Source: an uncultured Bdellovibrionales bacterium
GTDB taxonomy: Bacteria > Bdellovibrionota > Bdellovibrionia > Bdellovibrionales > UBA1609
Assembly (NCBI GenBank): GCA_903833275.1
Contig: CAILEP010000020.1
Span: forward strand, 8,277 to 72,276
DNA length: 64,000 nucleotides
Reading direction: 5' to 3'
Shown here: in pieces, positions 39,796-49,246 of the stretch
How the letters are laid out: every line of letters begins with the position of its first letter
Numbering within the stretch: position 1 is the stretch's first letter
Notes under the pieces: generated by a model
Databases searched by the model: none
Told to the model about the DNA's origin: nothing
The model's input: the letters and a program-made list of their open reading frames with translations, nothing else
Translations under genes and position numbers: made by a program

Positions 39796-40614
39796 CTAAA
39801 GGCCCGAAATAAATTCGACGAGAAATTCAGAGAACTGCTTTTCGACCATTTTTCCGGTCGCTTTCACATCTTCGTGAGTGATTTCTTGGTCGGTCAGCCC
39901 GCAGGCAAGATTTGAAATGCAGCTAATGCCGCAAACGCGAAGGCCCATGTGCTTAGCGGCAATTGTCTCGGGTACAGTGCTCATGCCGACAGCGTTGCCA
40001 CCAATAATTTGTAAATAGCGAACTTCGGCTGAAGTTTCATAAGTGGGGCCGCTGACGCCGCAATAAACGCCTACTGAATGGCGCACTCCGCGACGAGTTA
40101 AAACACCTTGAAGTTTTTCAAGCATTTCTCGATCGTAAGCCTCAGTCATATCCGGAAAGCGCAGACCGAGGGCCGTAATGTTTGGCCCAATCAACGGGTT
40201 GTTGCCGGTCAAATTAATATGATCTTTCAAAACCATAAAGTCGCCAGCGCGCATGCTCGTATCGAGGCCGCCCGCTGCATTGGTCAGAATTAATTTCTGG
40301 GTGCCTAATTGAGCGACGACTCGAGTGGGGTAAACCACGCGTTCCATCGTGTGGCCCTCGTAATAATGTATGCGACCCTGCAAGACGACCACAGGGACTT
40401 CGCCAACGTGACCTAAAATTAAATTACCCGGGTGCCCCTCAACGGTTGAAGGCGCGAAGTGTGGAATGTCTTGGTATGGGATCGTCGTTTCAACTTTTAC
40501 CGCGCTTACAAAATTTGAAAGACCTGAGCCAAGAGTAATCGCAACCCGCGGGCGTATTCGACTGAAATCTCGAATGTACTGAATTGATTCTTTTAATTGT
40601 TCGATTAATTCCAT
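39796..40614 (-). CDS. Purine nucleoside phosphorylase (trimeric type)
   Basis: LGSGL, QGRIHYYEG, GPTYET, VGMST. Confidence 0.95.
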   Translation of the reverse strand: MELIEQLKESIQYIRDFSRIRPRVAITLGSGLSNFVSAVKVETTIPYQDIPHFAPSTVEGHPGNLILGHVGEVPVVVLQGRIHYYEGHTMERVVYPTRVVAQLGTQKLILTNAAGGLDTSMRAGDFMVLKDHINLTGNNPLIGPNITALGLRFPDMTEAYDREMLEKLQGVLTRRGVRHSVGVYCGVSGPTYETSAEVRYLQIIGGNAVGMSTVPETIAAKHMGLRVCGISCISNLACGLTDQEITHEDVKATGKMVEKQFSEFLVEFISGL

Positions 40615-40631
40615 GCCTTGCCCCCGTACGA

Positions 40632-41963
40632 TTACGTTAAAACTTTTGCAATTAGCGGCAGAAGTTCATCGGGCGGCTTGGGCCCGATCTCAATTGCCGA
40701 AAGTATCTTTGCCGAAACTTCGGAGAATGTTGAGTTAGAATTTGCAAAGATTTTAATAAGAAGTTGCCCAGTCGTAACCTGGTCGCCAAGGCGGCAGCAC
40801 ATTTCAAGACCGGCGGTGGGGTCGATGCTCTCACCGGCGGTTCGCCGTCCAGCACCAAGCCCAATCAGCGCAAGGCCGAGAGCTCGAGTATCAATTTTTC
40901 GAACGTAACCGCTGCGATTTGAAACGACATCAGCTTGCTCTTTAGCTGTGGGTAAAAGGTCTAAGTTCGCCGGCCCTTGGTATTTCAAAAGACTCTCAAA
41001 GGCCGTCAGTGCCGCTCCGCTTGAAAGTAGCAAGGTCGCAAGCTCGATGCCCTTTTCGAGACTCGTCGCCTTGCCGACAAGAAAGAGCATGTGCCCGGCC
41101 AAAGCTAAGCTTAACTCTCGAGTCGGAGCATAATAATCGCGCTCGCCAACAACGTGGGTGCGCCCACACAAAATGTCGTAGCACTCGCGCACTTCGAGAG
41201 CATTGCCAGCATAGCGCCCAAGAGGCTCATTCATATTAGTAATAAGGGCATTCACCCGAATGCCATTTCGTTCGCCAGTCGTTTTCAAAAGTGTTGCGAG
41301 TTGAAGCGCTTCGGTCATCGTGCTCATAAAGGCGCCCGAGCCAAACTTGACGTCGAGTACGAGGTGGGTGAGATCTTCGGTTAATTTTTTCGACATAATG
41401 CTGCCACAAATGAGCGGCAACGAATCAACCGTCGAGGTGACATCGCGCAGAGCATACAACTTACGATCGGCGGGGCAAACGCGCGCTGATTGGCTGGTCA
41501 TGCCGAGATAGTTTTTTTCAACAATAGCTTCGAATTCTTTTGGCTCGAGATCGATTCGAAAGCCGGGGATGCTCATCAGCTTGTCGAGTGTTCCGCCGGT
41601 GTGGCCGAGCGCGCGCCCAGCGATCATGGGCACAAATACTTTTGCCGCGGCCATAATGGGGCCAACGATCAGTGAGGTTTTGTCGCCCACTCCGCCAGTG
41701 CTGTGTTTGTCGACGCGGGGGGCGCGCAAATGTGCGAAGCTGAATTTGTCGCCCGAGTCGCGCATGGCTTCGGTAAAAACAGAGATTTCTTCGTCGTTCA
41801 TGCCGCGAAACCAAACGGCCATAGACCAGGCGGCCATCTGGTAATCGGGTAATTTGCCAGACGTATAAGAGTTGACGATCCAACGGATTTCGTCGGCGGA
41901 GTGCGCTTCGCCCAACTTCTTCTTTGTGATCAATTCGTATGGCAAATAAGACATTTCGACCAT
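40632..41963 (-). CDS. Thymidine/pyrimidine-nucleoside phosphorylase
   Basis: DKHSTGGVGDK, GRALGHTGGTLDKL, SIMSKK, DVKFGSGAFM. Confidence 0.95.
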   Translation of the reverse strand: MVEMSYLPYELITKKKLGEAHSADEIRWIVNSYTSGKLPDYQMAAWSMAVWFRGMNDEEISVFTEAMRDSGDKFSFAHLRAPRVDKHSTGGVGDKTSLIVGPIMAAAKVFVPMIAGRALGHTGGTLDKLMSIPGFRIDLEPKEFEAIVEKNYLGMTSQSARVCPADRKLYALRDVTSTVDSLPLICGSIMSKKLTEDLTHLVLDVKFGSGAFMSTMTEALQLATLLKTTGERNGIRVNALITNMNEPLGRYAGNALEVRECYDILCGRTHVVGERDYYAPTRELSLALAGHMLFLVGKATSLEKGIELATLLLSSGAALTAFESLLKYQGPANLDLLPTAKEQADVVSNRSGYVRKIDTRALGLALIGLGAGRRTAGESIDPTAGLEMCCRLGDQVTTGQLLIKIFANSNSTFSEVSAKILSAIEIGPKPPDELLPLIAKVLT

Positions 41964-42048
41964 TACTCCATATTAACGCCACGCGAAAATTAAGGCCTAG
42001 CAAGGCCGACACGGTGACGATTTTAATCGGCCAACCTATCATATGTAG

Positions 42049-42354
42049 GTGATCGTAACGCAACACTTATTGATAAAAGGGCGTGTCCAGGGTGTTAGTT
42101 TTCGTTTTTTTACGAAGACCGAGGCCGAGAAGTACAATATTTCAGGGTGGGTACGCAATCTAAGCGATGGTAGGGTAGAGGCGGTCGCGCAGGGTGAGAG
42201 TAAAAATTTCGATTCTTTTTTGGTAAAGGTACGGCGCGGCCCGCTGCCGGCAAAAGTGGAGAGCATTGAAATTAATAAAATCGACTTGCAAGAACAGCTG
42301 ACTGAATTTTCAATAGAAGAAAATAGTGAGAAAACATGGCTAGAAAAATCTTAG
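42049..42354 (+). CDS. acyP: Acylphosphatase
   Basis: GRVQGVSFR and GWVRNLSDGRVE motifs. Confidence 0.93.
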   Translation: MIVTQHLLIKGRVQGVSFRFFTKTEAEKYNISGWVRNLSDGRVEAVAQGESKNFDSFLVKVRRGPLPAKVESIEINKIDLQEQLTEFSIEENSEKTWLEKS

Positions 42355-42746
42355 TTTTACTTTTAATGACCCTCGCGATCGTAACATCTACAGCAGAGTC
42401 CGTGGCTTGGGCGCAAGCAGCAGGTGGTGCCGCCGCAGGGCCAAGTGAAGGTCGAACAGAACTCACCGGCACGCGACGCCAGGTTGCTACGATTATTTTT
42501 GCAGGCCTTGCAGGGGCCATTCTTGGCTTAAGCACGCTTAGTTTTTATGGCCGCCCACAAGATAAGTTAAATAACGTTGCGATTGGTGGCGCGTTCGGGA
42601 TTATTGGGGGCACGATCTATACGACCTATAAGTCAGCAGTGCGCCCGTATGATAATTTTGACGTAGCGAATGACCTTGATGGCACGCGAGTTTGCGCTCA
42701 AACAGCCGTGCTTGCCCCAGCCCTTCGTTATACCTGGCAATTTTAA
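42336..42746 (+). CDS. Exported/membrane hypothetical protein
   Basis: Signal peptide, two Gly-rich hydrophobic segments, C-terminal YTWQF. Confidence 0.7.
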   Translation: MARKILVLLLMTLAIVTSTAESVAWAQAAGGAAAGPSEGRTELTGTRRQVATIIFAGLAGAILGLSTLSFYGRPQDKLNNVAIGGAFGIIGGTIYTTYKSAVRPYDNFDVANDLDGTRVCAQTAVLAPALRYTWQF

Positions 42747-42759
42747 GAAACTTCTTTAA

Positions 42760-45381
42760 TCAATCGTCACTACTATCATTTTCGTCGTTTGCGAGTTCGG
42801 CATCGACATTTTTATCTGCCGGCGCTTCGCCCGCGTTCTCGACGGCAGCCCGAAGCTCAAGAATCTGAATTGCCCACCGAGCGGCCCCGCGCGGGCTTTT
42901 GACTGTGTCTATTTCATCAGGCTTATTTTTTTTGCCAATAACCAACGCGATGGCATCGTCAATGGCGCTGACGACCTCTTGTTTTTCATTCATGCCCCAG
43001 TCGCGCCCCTCGGTGCGTCGATCCTGAAAAACTTTGGCAGCGGCGGCCCGAACGTCGTCGCGATAGTAATATTTTGGTATCGTCGTAGCCCTCTTCGTTT
43101 TGTTTTGAAAATAGATAGTTTCAACGGGCTGAATTTGTACGGAGGTTTTTAAAATATAATCGAGAGCGCGATCACGCAAAACCTCAGCAAAAGTATCACT
43201 TTCTTTCGAATCAGAAAGAGTGTTTAGGTGGCTTTTGAGCTGCCGGAGGTCAGCTAGGTATAGTTGGTTTTGCAGGCTCGCAAAAAATGAGTGGGCAAGG
43301 GCCTTCGCCTGCCGAACATCTTCGTCAGACAAATCATGTTGTTTGCTGTCGGCCCCGATATAAGAGCGAAACGCCGGGCTTTCGATGAGTTCATTGAATC
43401 TTGCCAACCAGTCTTGGGCAAGGCTTGTCGAAATTGGGGGCAACAGCTTTGTGAGCCCACCGAGGCGCTCGATTTCTGCCGACAAATACTGGCGAGAGCG
43501 CAAATGGGCCTCTTCAATATTAAGGCTACTGATGGGGCCAAGGGCGTTTGCGACCCGAATTTCTAACGAATTTTTTGTCAGAGTTCTGAGCAGAAGCATT
43601 CGCGGGGCTAAAATTTTTGCAGCTTCAACCGCCGAGTCTAACACAATCTCACTTGGCGGTTTATTTTTTGACAGAAGGGGGCTGCTTTTCTCATTTAAAA
43701 TCAATTCAAGAAGCCGTTCGGGGGTCTCGGTGAGTGCGCGTTGGCTTTCGAATTTTGAACTTTCAAGGCTCGAGGGCCCTTGATCGAAACTTAAACAGCC
43801 AAAAAAATCACCAAGATGTTGATCCGTGCAAAACGCCAGGAGCGGGCTCGCAGAGGGTTTTTCGTCAAAATAGAGATTGCGTATAGCGGCGCGGTCATAG
43901 TGAAAAGCGCCGACACCAAGGTGAATTTGTCGGCCGACAAGAAGATCTGTCGGCATGGGGTTATAATCCATAACACTGTCGGTGAAAATTTCTGTCGTTG
44001 GCGCGGACAAGGTCTTTACGTATTCGTCCATGAGTTCATAAATTCTAGCGATAGAAGCAGACGCGCCCAAGCTTGCGGCAAAATTATGCCGAAGGCCGAG
44101 GGTGTGCCCGACTTCATGCGCGACAGAGGCACGAATGTAATCCCGTGAAACCTCGAGGGCGGCTTCATGATTAAGGCGTGATAAGCCTGAGTGGTCGTTA
44201 TATATTTCACCGCTTTTCTCGCTGGGCTTCTCGCAGAGGCGCGAGGGCATAAGGCCGGCTATGGTGAGATCAGTGTGCGGAGTGGTTTTTTTGCGGCCAA
44301 GGCTATAAGCCGCATCTCTACCCAAAAGCGCAAAGGCACTTGTTAAATAAATCTGCGCGTGAAGTATTTCGCCCGTACGCGGGTCGATTTGCGCATCAGC
44401 CACAGACGACTCAGCGGTGTCGTCCGACATCCATTGAATCAAATTGTAATCGGGGTTGGGGGCCGAAACGCCAGTTGGGGCGTCAATGACACTGATTTTT
44501 TCGTCGCCAAAAGCACTGTTCCAGTAAAGCACGCCCTCGCGAATGGCATCTCGATATTCGGCCGGGGTGTTTGCTGATATCGCATAAACAAATTTCTTTT
44601 CTGGGCGCGGGTCAATTCGTGTCGCGTATGCATCCACCCCGCCATGAAGGCGCATGAGGGCATTCGTTTCGAAAAAACCAAACCCAGGGTGGCTATTAGA
44701 GGCCGTCTTGTATTCAGGGTTCGCCTGATAGGGGCTCAAGTAGTAGTGCAACTCGATGGGCAAGTTCTCTTTTCTTGAATCGGTCGAGATCCCGACAGCA
44801 CGTTGAATGATGACTAAGTTATTTCGCGTACCAAAATAAGCGTTTTCGATGTGATTAAATTTAAGAGAAAGTTTGGCGGTCGCGGGGCTGTGGGTGCGGG
44901 CGCTGTCGTCGACGTCGCCGACCACCCAGTCCGTAACAGCCTGAATTTCAGAGAGGCCATGGTTGAAATCGAAAGTGATTTCATCGGCACCTTCACCGAG
45001 TATGGCAAATTCGGCTAGAATTCGTGTCTGAGGGAGGTCGTCAGTTATAATCTGGCCAGTTGAAGCCTCAAGCATATAGAGGTTTTGGCCTCTCTTTCGA
45101 AAGGTTACAATTCGACTTTTTAGGCCTTCAAATTTTGGCGCGGGAGAATCCCAAATAATATCAGTTTGAAAAAGAAATTCTTTTTCAAGGGCCGCCTTTT
45201 TAAGAGAGACCGAAAACTGATTTTCTGAAACTGAAAGGGGGTTGTTGGCTGAGCGAATCGCGAAAGAGTCCTTGGCCTTCGCGGCTTGGGCGGCCGTCGT
45301 TGGCCGAGAGCAAGAAGTAGAATATAAGCTGGCGGTCGCTAAGAAAGAGATCAGAAAGAATCGAGCCGAATTGTTTTTAAT
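42760..45381 (-). CDS. Met-zincin zinc metalloprotease, probable lipoprotein; proposed ATT start at 45381 (first ATG at 45075)
   Basis: HEVGHTLGLRHNF zinc motif, SVMDY Met-turn, DPRTGEIL; frame stays open above ATG 45075 up to TAA 45394-45396 and encodes a signal peptide. Confidence 0.8.
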   Translation of the reverse strand: MKNNSARFFLISFLATASLYSTSCSRPTTAAQAAKAKDSFAIRSANNPLSVSENQFSVSLKKAALEKEFLFQTDIIWDSPAPKFEGLKSRIVTFRKRGQNLYMLEASTGQIITDDLPQTRILAEFAILGEGADEITFDFNHGLSEIQAVTDWVVGDVDDSARTHSPATAKLSLKFNHIENAYFGTRNNLVIIQRAVGISTDSRKENLPIELHYYLSPYQANPEYKTASNSHPGFGFFETNALMRLHGGVDAYATRIDPRPEKKFVYAISANTPAEYRDAIREGVLYWNSAFGDEKISVIDAPTGVSAPNPDYNLIQWMSDDTAESSVADAQIDPRTGEILHAQIYLTSAFALLGRDAAYSLGRKKTTPHTDLTIAGLMPSRLCEKPSEKSGEIYNDHSGLSRLNHEAALEVSRDYIRASVAHEVGHTLGLRHNFAASLGASASIARIYELMDEYVKTLSAPTTEIFTDSVMDYNPMPTDLLVGRQIHLGVGAFHYDRAAIRNLYFDEKPSASPLLAFCTDQHLGDFFGCLSFDQGPSSLESSKFESQRALTETPERLLELILNEKSSPLLSKNKPPSEIVLDSAVEAAKILAPRMLLLRTLTKNSLEIRVANALGPISSLNIEEAHLRSRQYLSAEIERLGGLTKLLPPISTSLAQDWLARFNELIESPAFRSYIGADSKQHDLSDEDVRQAKALAHSFFASLQNQLYLADLRQLKSHLNTLSDSKESDTFAEVLRDRALDYILKTSVQIQPVETIYFQNKTKRATTIPKYYYRDDVRAAAAKVFQDRRTEGRDWGMNEKQEVVSAIDDAIALVIGKKNKPDEIDTVKSPRGAARWAIQILELRAAVENAGEAPADKNVDAELANDENDSSDD

Positions 45382-45504
45382 AAGCTCACCCCTTTAAAGT
45401 GGGCTCAATATACAGTTTCGGCTCGCAAAGAGCGAGATTCGCTCCCAATATTAAGTCTTAAATGTAAAATATAACTAGGGTTTTAGAAATTTTGTCAGAA
45501 CGTG

Positions 45505-46719
45505 CTAACCGCTTTTTTTGCCGCCTAAAACAAAACCTTTGGGGGCATTGCTGTCAGCTGGCGCGCCCGGCTTTGCCGCGGTCTTGGCGCCCTCTACAGA
45601 GTGAATCGTGATGCCACTTGAGGTTTTTGCGCTGGGGGGGCTCGAGGGCGCCTTGGTCGCACTAGGGGCGGGCGACTCTTTTTCTTTTGAAGCTTTGCCT
45701 AAGAAATTGTCAGAGGCCTCTTTGGTCACCTTGCCAGCGGCCACAAGAATTTTAAGGTGTGATTCAAAGTTCATCATTCCGTCGCCAGCACTTGTCTGCA
45801 TAACAGAAGGGATTTGAAACGTTTTTCCTTCACGAATTAGGTTCGCCACTGCAAAAGTATTTAGGAGAATTTCGATGCAGGCGACTCGGCCGGGTTGATC
45901 CGCCCGGGGGAAGAGCGTTTGCGCTACAACTCCACGAAGGGATTCAGACAACATCACCCGAATTTGGGCTTGCTGAGCCTCGGGGAAGGCGTCGATGATT
46001 CGATCGACCGTTTTCGCTGCAGAGTTTGTGTGTAGGGTGCCAAACACTAAGTGGCCTGTCTCAGCGGCAGTGATCGCAAGTGAAATAGTCTCAAGGTCGC
46101 GCATCTCGCCCACGAGCATTGTGTCAGGGTCTTCGCGAAGTGCGGCTTTAAGTGCATTGGCGAAAGATTTAGTATGGCTGCTGACTTCGCGTTGATTAAA
46201 TAGTGACATGCGATTTTCGTGCACAAACTCGATCGGGTCTTCAACCGTCAAAATATGCTGACGTTCAGTCATATTGATGGTGTGAAGCATGGCGGCTAGT
46301 GTGGTCGATTTACCCGAGCCAGTTGGGCCGGTAACGAGGATGAGCCCGCGCGGGATCGAGATTAATTTATTCAAAATTTCTGGCAAACCGAGCTCTTGAA
46401 TCGTTTTGATTTTCTCAGGGATTACGCGAAACACAGCGCCCATCCCGCGCCGCTGCATAAAAACATTGCAACGAAAACGGCCGAGGCCGGCAACAGCGTA
46501 AGAGCAATCGAGCTCCCAGTTTTCAACGAACCCCCGGCGCTGCTTTTCGGTGAGAATTTCAAACACAAGGGCTTGCACTGACTCATTATTTAGCTCGGGG
46601 TGATCCAATTTCACCATTTCACCATGCAGGCGTAGAAACGGCGGTGCGCCTGAACTCAAATGCAAGTCCGAAGCGTTCTGAGCTACCATGATTTTAAATA
46701 AATGATCGATTTGTGCCAT
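45505..46719 (-). CDS. pilT: Type IV pilus retraction ATPase PilT
   Basis: ASDLHL, GPTGSGKST, EDPIE, ALREDPD, GTLHTNSA, NLIRE; low-complexity C-terminal tail. Confidence 0.93.
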   Translation of the reverse strand: MAQIDHLFKIMVAQNASDLHLSSGAPPFLRLHGEMVKLDHPELNNESVQALVFEILTEKQRRGFVENWELDCSYAVAGLGRFRCNVFMQRRGMGAVFRVIPEKIKTIQELGLPEILNKLISIPRGLILVTGPTGSGKSTTLAAMLHTINMTERQHILTVEDPIEFVHENRMSLFNQREVSSHTKSFANALKAALREDPDTMLVGEMRDLETISLAITAAETGHLVFGTLHTNSAAKTVDRIIDAFPEAQQAQIRVMLSESLRGVVAQTLFPRADQPGRVACIEILLNTFAVANLIREGKTFQIPSVMQTSAGDGMMNFESHLKILVAAGKVTKEASDNFLGKASKEKESPAPSATKAPSSPPSAKTSSGITIHSVEGAKTAAKPGAPADSNAPKGFVLGGKKSG

Positions 46720-46726
46720 ATTAACT

Positions 46727-46753
46727 CTATCGGTTTCTTATTCGGCGAAGTTA
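46727..46753 (-). promoter_or_regulatory. Sigma28-type promoter 7 nt upstream of the pilT ATG (leaderless)
   Basis: TAAC-N15-ACCGATAG-agttaat-ATG; no SD. Confidence 0.55.
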
Positions 46754-46794
46754 GGTCTAGTTTAGTGTCTAAACTGATGATAGAACCCATGAAT

Positions 46795-48327
46795 ATGGCA
46801 GCTGAGATCCTCATTAACGTGCATCCAACTCAAACTCGCGTCGCATACGTCGAAGACAGGACCTTGGTCGACCTCAAGGTCGAGCGAAAAGTGTCTCCGA
46901 CCATCGTCGGGTCGGTTTACAAAGGCAAGGTTGTTCGTGTGCTGCCTGGCATGCAGGCCGCATTTGTCGACATAGGCCTGAACCGCGCTGCCTTTTTGTA
47001 TGTCGGCGATATTCGAGCCAACGTTACCAATGAAGATGGTCTCTTCTTTTCAGAAGAAGAGCCCGAGGCTGATGAAAATTCGACATTGGTTGAAACAAAA
47101 ACTGAAGATGAGACCAGCGAACCGCGCCCACAAATTCAAGATCTCATTAAGCCGGGGCAATTTCTCTTGGTTCAGGTCGCAAAAGACCCGCTCGGAACAA
47201 AGGGCTCGCGAATTACGACCCACATCTCATTGCCAGGCCGAAACGTGGTTTATATGCCAACGGTTAATCACCTCGGAATTTCTAGAAAAATTGAAGATGA
47301 AGAAGAGCGCAACCGCCTCAAGGGGATTGTCGAAAAACTAAAGCCACAAGGTGGCGTTATCGTTCGCACTGCGGGCGAGGGCGCAACCGAAGCCGATGTG
47401 GTTGCCGATTTAGACTATCTCACGCGTTTATGGGCTGAGGTGCAGAGCGGCTACGAAAAGCGTAAGGGCCCCGGGGTGATCCATTCAGAAATGGACGTTG
47501 AGCTGCGCGCCCTTCGCGACCTTCTCAATGAAAAAGTCGAGCGCGTTGTTGTTGACGACCCGCGAGTGCACAAAAAAGTCGTCAGTTTCGTCTCTCAATT
47601 TATGCCAAAGTTCAAAAATAGAATTTTTCTTCATCGCGGCGAGAAGCTATTATTTGACCTCTATGACATCGATCTCGAAATTCAGCGCGCGCTTGGGCGT
47701 CGTATTTGGCTAAAGTCAGGTGGATATATAGTTGTCGACGAAGCCGAGGCCCTTGTCGTGATTGACGTTAACACGGGTAAATATGTCGGCAAGCGCGATC
47801 TTGAAGACACCATCGTAACGACAAATATTGAGGCCGCGCGCGAGATTGCCCACCAGCTACGTATTCGAAATTGCGGCGGGATTATCATTATTGACTTTAT
47901 CGACATGGAAAAAGAAGCCCACCGTGAAAAGGTGCTGGCCGTTCTCAAAGAAGAGCTTTCAAAAGATCGGGCCCGAACCGTGGTTTCGGCGATCTCGGAG
48001 CTCGGGCTTGTTGAGATGACCCGAAAGCGAATCCGCCCGAGTTTGATCGCAAATCTTTGCGACCCCTGCCCCTATTGTGAAGGCAAAGGCTATATAAAAC
48101 AGAAGGTTACGGTGGCTCACGAGATATTTCGGTTGCTCGAAAGAGACGCGGCGCGACACAGATCGCAAGCATCAACTGTCGTCCATTGTCATGGCGAAGT
48201 GGCTGACTGGATATATGGCGAAGAAGCTGAGTCACTTGAGCAGATAGAAATAGTCTTGGGCCATTCAGCGGCTTTAAAAGTTGAGCCAAATTTTCATATT
48301 GAGCAGTTTGAAATCAAGCACTTGTAG
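46795..48327 (+). CDS. rng: Ribonuclease E/G family endoribonuclease (RNase G-like)
   Basis: S1 domain VLPGMQAAFVDIG, IDVNTG, IIIDFIDM, CPYC Zn-link; start taken at MAAEILINV. Confidence 0.92.
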   Translation: MAAEILINVHPTQTRVAYVEDRTLVDLKVERKVSPTIVGSVYKGKVVRVLPGMQAAFVDIGLNRAAFLYVGDIRANVTNEDGLFFSEEEPEADENSTLVETKTEDETSEPRPQIQDLIKPGQFLLVQVAKDPLGTKGSRITTHISLPGRNVVYMPTVNHLGISRKIEDEEERNRLKGIVEKLKPQGGVIVRTAGEGATEADVVADLDYLTRLWAEVQSGYEKRKGPGVIHSEMDVELRALRDLLNEKVERVVVDDPRVHKKVVSFVSQFMPKFKNRIFLHRGEKLLFDLYDIDLEIQRALGRRIWLKSGGYIVVDEAEALVVIDVNTGKYVGKRDLEDTIVTTNIEAAREIAHQLRIRNCGGIIIIDFIDMEKEAHREKVLAVLKEELSKDRARTVVSAISELGLVEMTRKRIRPSLIANLCDPCPYCEGKGYIKQKVTVAHEIFRLLERDAARHRSQASTVVHCHGEVADWIYGEEAESLEQIEIVLGHSAALKVEPNFHIEQFEIKHL

Positions 48328-48405
48328 TCGTTGACACGCCTTGCGCATCATGGCACATACTACAGGCTTCAAAATCAAGACGTGTCCCCTATTTGGAGGT
48401 TAAAA

Positions 48406-48948
48406 ATGTACGCCATCATACGCACCGGCGGTAAGCAATATACAGTTCGCCCCGGCGATCTACTTCGCGTTGAAAAACTGCCGCAAGAATTAGGTTCAGA
48501 ATTTGAACTTGATGAAGTCCTTTTGGTTAGCGGTGACAAAATTCATGTTGGCGAACCCACAGTGAAGAACGCAAAAGTCACAGTTGTAGTTACTCAACAA
48601 GCAAAGTCGCCAAAACTGATCGTTTTTAAGAAAAAACGTCGCCAAGGCTATCGCCGTTTACACGGTCATCGCCAACTTTATACAGAGCTTTTCGTAAAAT
48701 CGATTCAAGCTCCTGGTGGTGAAGTGAGTGAAGCTGAAAAAACAGCTCAGGTCATAGACCCAGCTAAAAAAGTTGCGCGACTTGCGAAGCTTAATCTTGC
48801 TGCAAAAACTCCAGAAGCTAAGAAAGCCAGAGAAGAGAAGTCAGCGTCATCGGCAGCACGAGCTAAGGCACCGAAGAAAAAAGCAGTAGCTAAGAAAAGT
48901 TCAGGCGGAGCTAAAAAAGCTCCTGCAAAGAAAAAGGCTTCTAAATAA
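48406..48948 (+). CDS. rplU: 50S ribosomal protein L21 with a Lys/Ala-rich C-terminal extension
   Basis: MYAIIRTGGKQY, GHRQLYT; GGAGG SD before 48406. Confidence 0.96.
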   Translation: MYAIIRTGGKQYTVRPGDLLRVEKLPQELGSEFELDEVLLVSGDKIHVGEPTVKNAKVTVVVTQQAKSPKLIVFKKKRRQGYRRLHGHRQLYTELFVKSIQAPGGEVSEAEKTAQVIDPAKKVARLAKLNLAAKTPEAKKAREEKSASSAARAKAPKKKAVAKKSSGGAKKAPAKKKASK

Positions 48949-48973
48949 GTCTACTTTAACGTGAGGTTAAGTC

Positions 48974-49240
48974 ATGGCATCGAAAAAAGCAGCGGGTAGT
49001 ACAAGTAACGGTCGCGACAGTCAAAGTAAACGCCTTGGCGTAAAGCGCTTCGGTGGTCAAAAAGTTTTGGCGGGCACGATTTTGGTTCGTCAACGCGGCA
49101 CTAAGTTTTTTGTAGGTCGTAATGTTCGTATCGGTCGTGATCACACGATTTATTCGGTCATTGCTGGCGAAGTTAAATTTGAACGCCACAATAAACAAAA
49201 ATTTCGTGTGAGCGTATATCCAGCAACACGAGCTGCCTAA
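48974..49240 (+). CDS. rpmA: 50S ribosomal protein L27
   Basis: [21 protein letters not shown]. Confidence 0.98.
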   Translation: MASKKAAGSTSNGRDSQSKRLGVKRFGGQKVLAGTILVRQRGTKFFVGRNVRIGRDHTIYSVIAGEVKFERHNKQKFRVSVYPATRAA

Positions 49241-49246
49241 CTCCAA

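Noticed and set aside
46702-46794. Extended RNase G N-terminus overlapping pilT (and similar long starts for nuoJ, lon, grpE, rplU)
   Set aside because: Family-like sequence and SD positions point to downstream starts.
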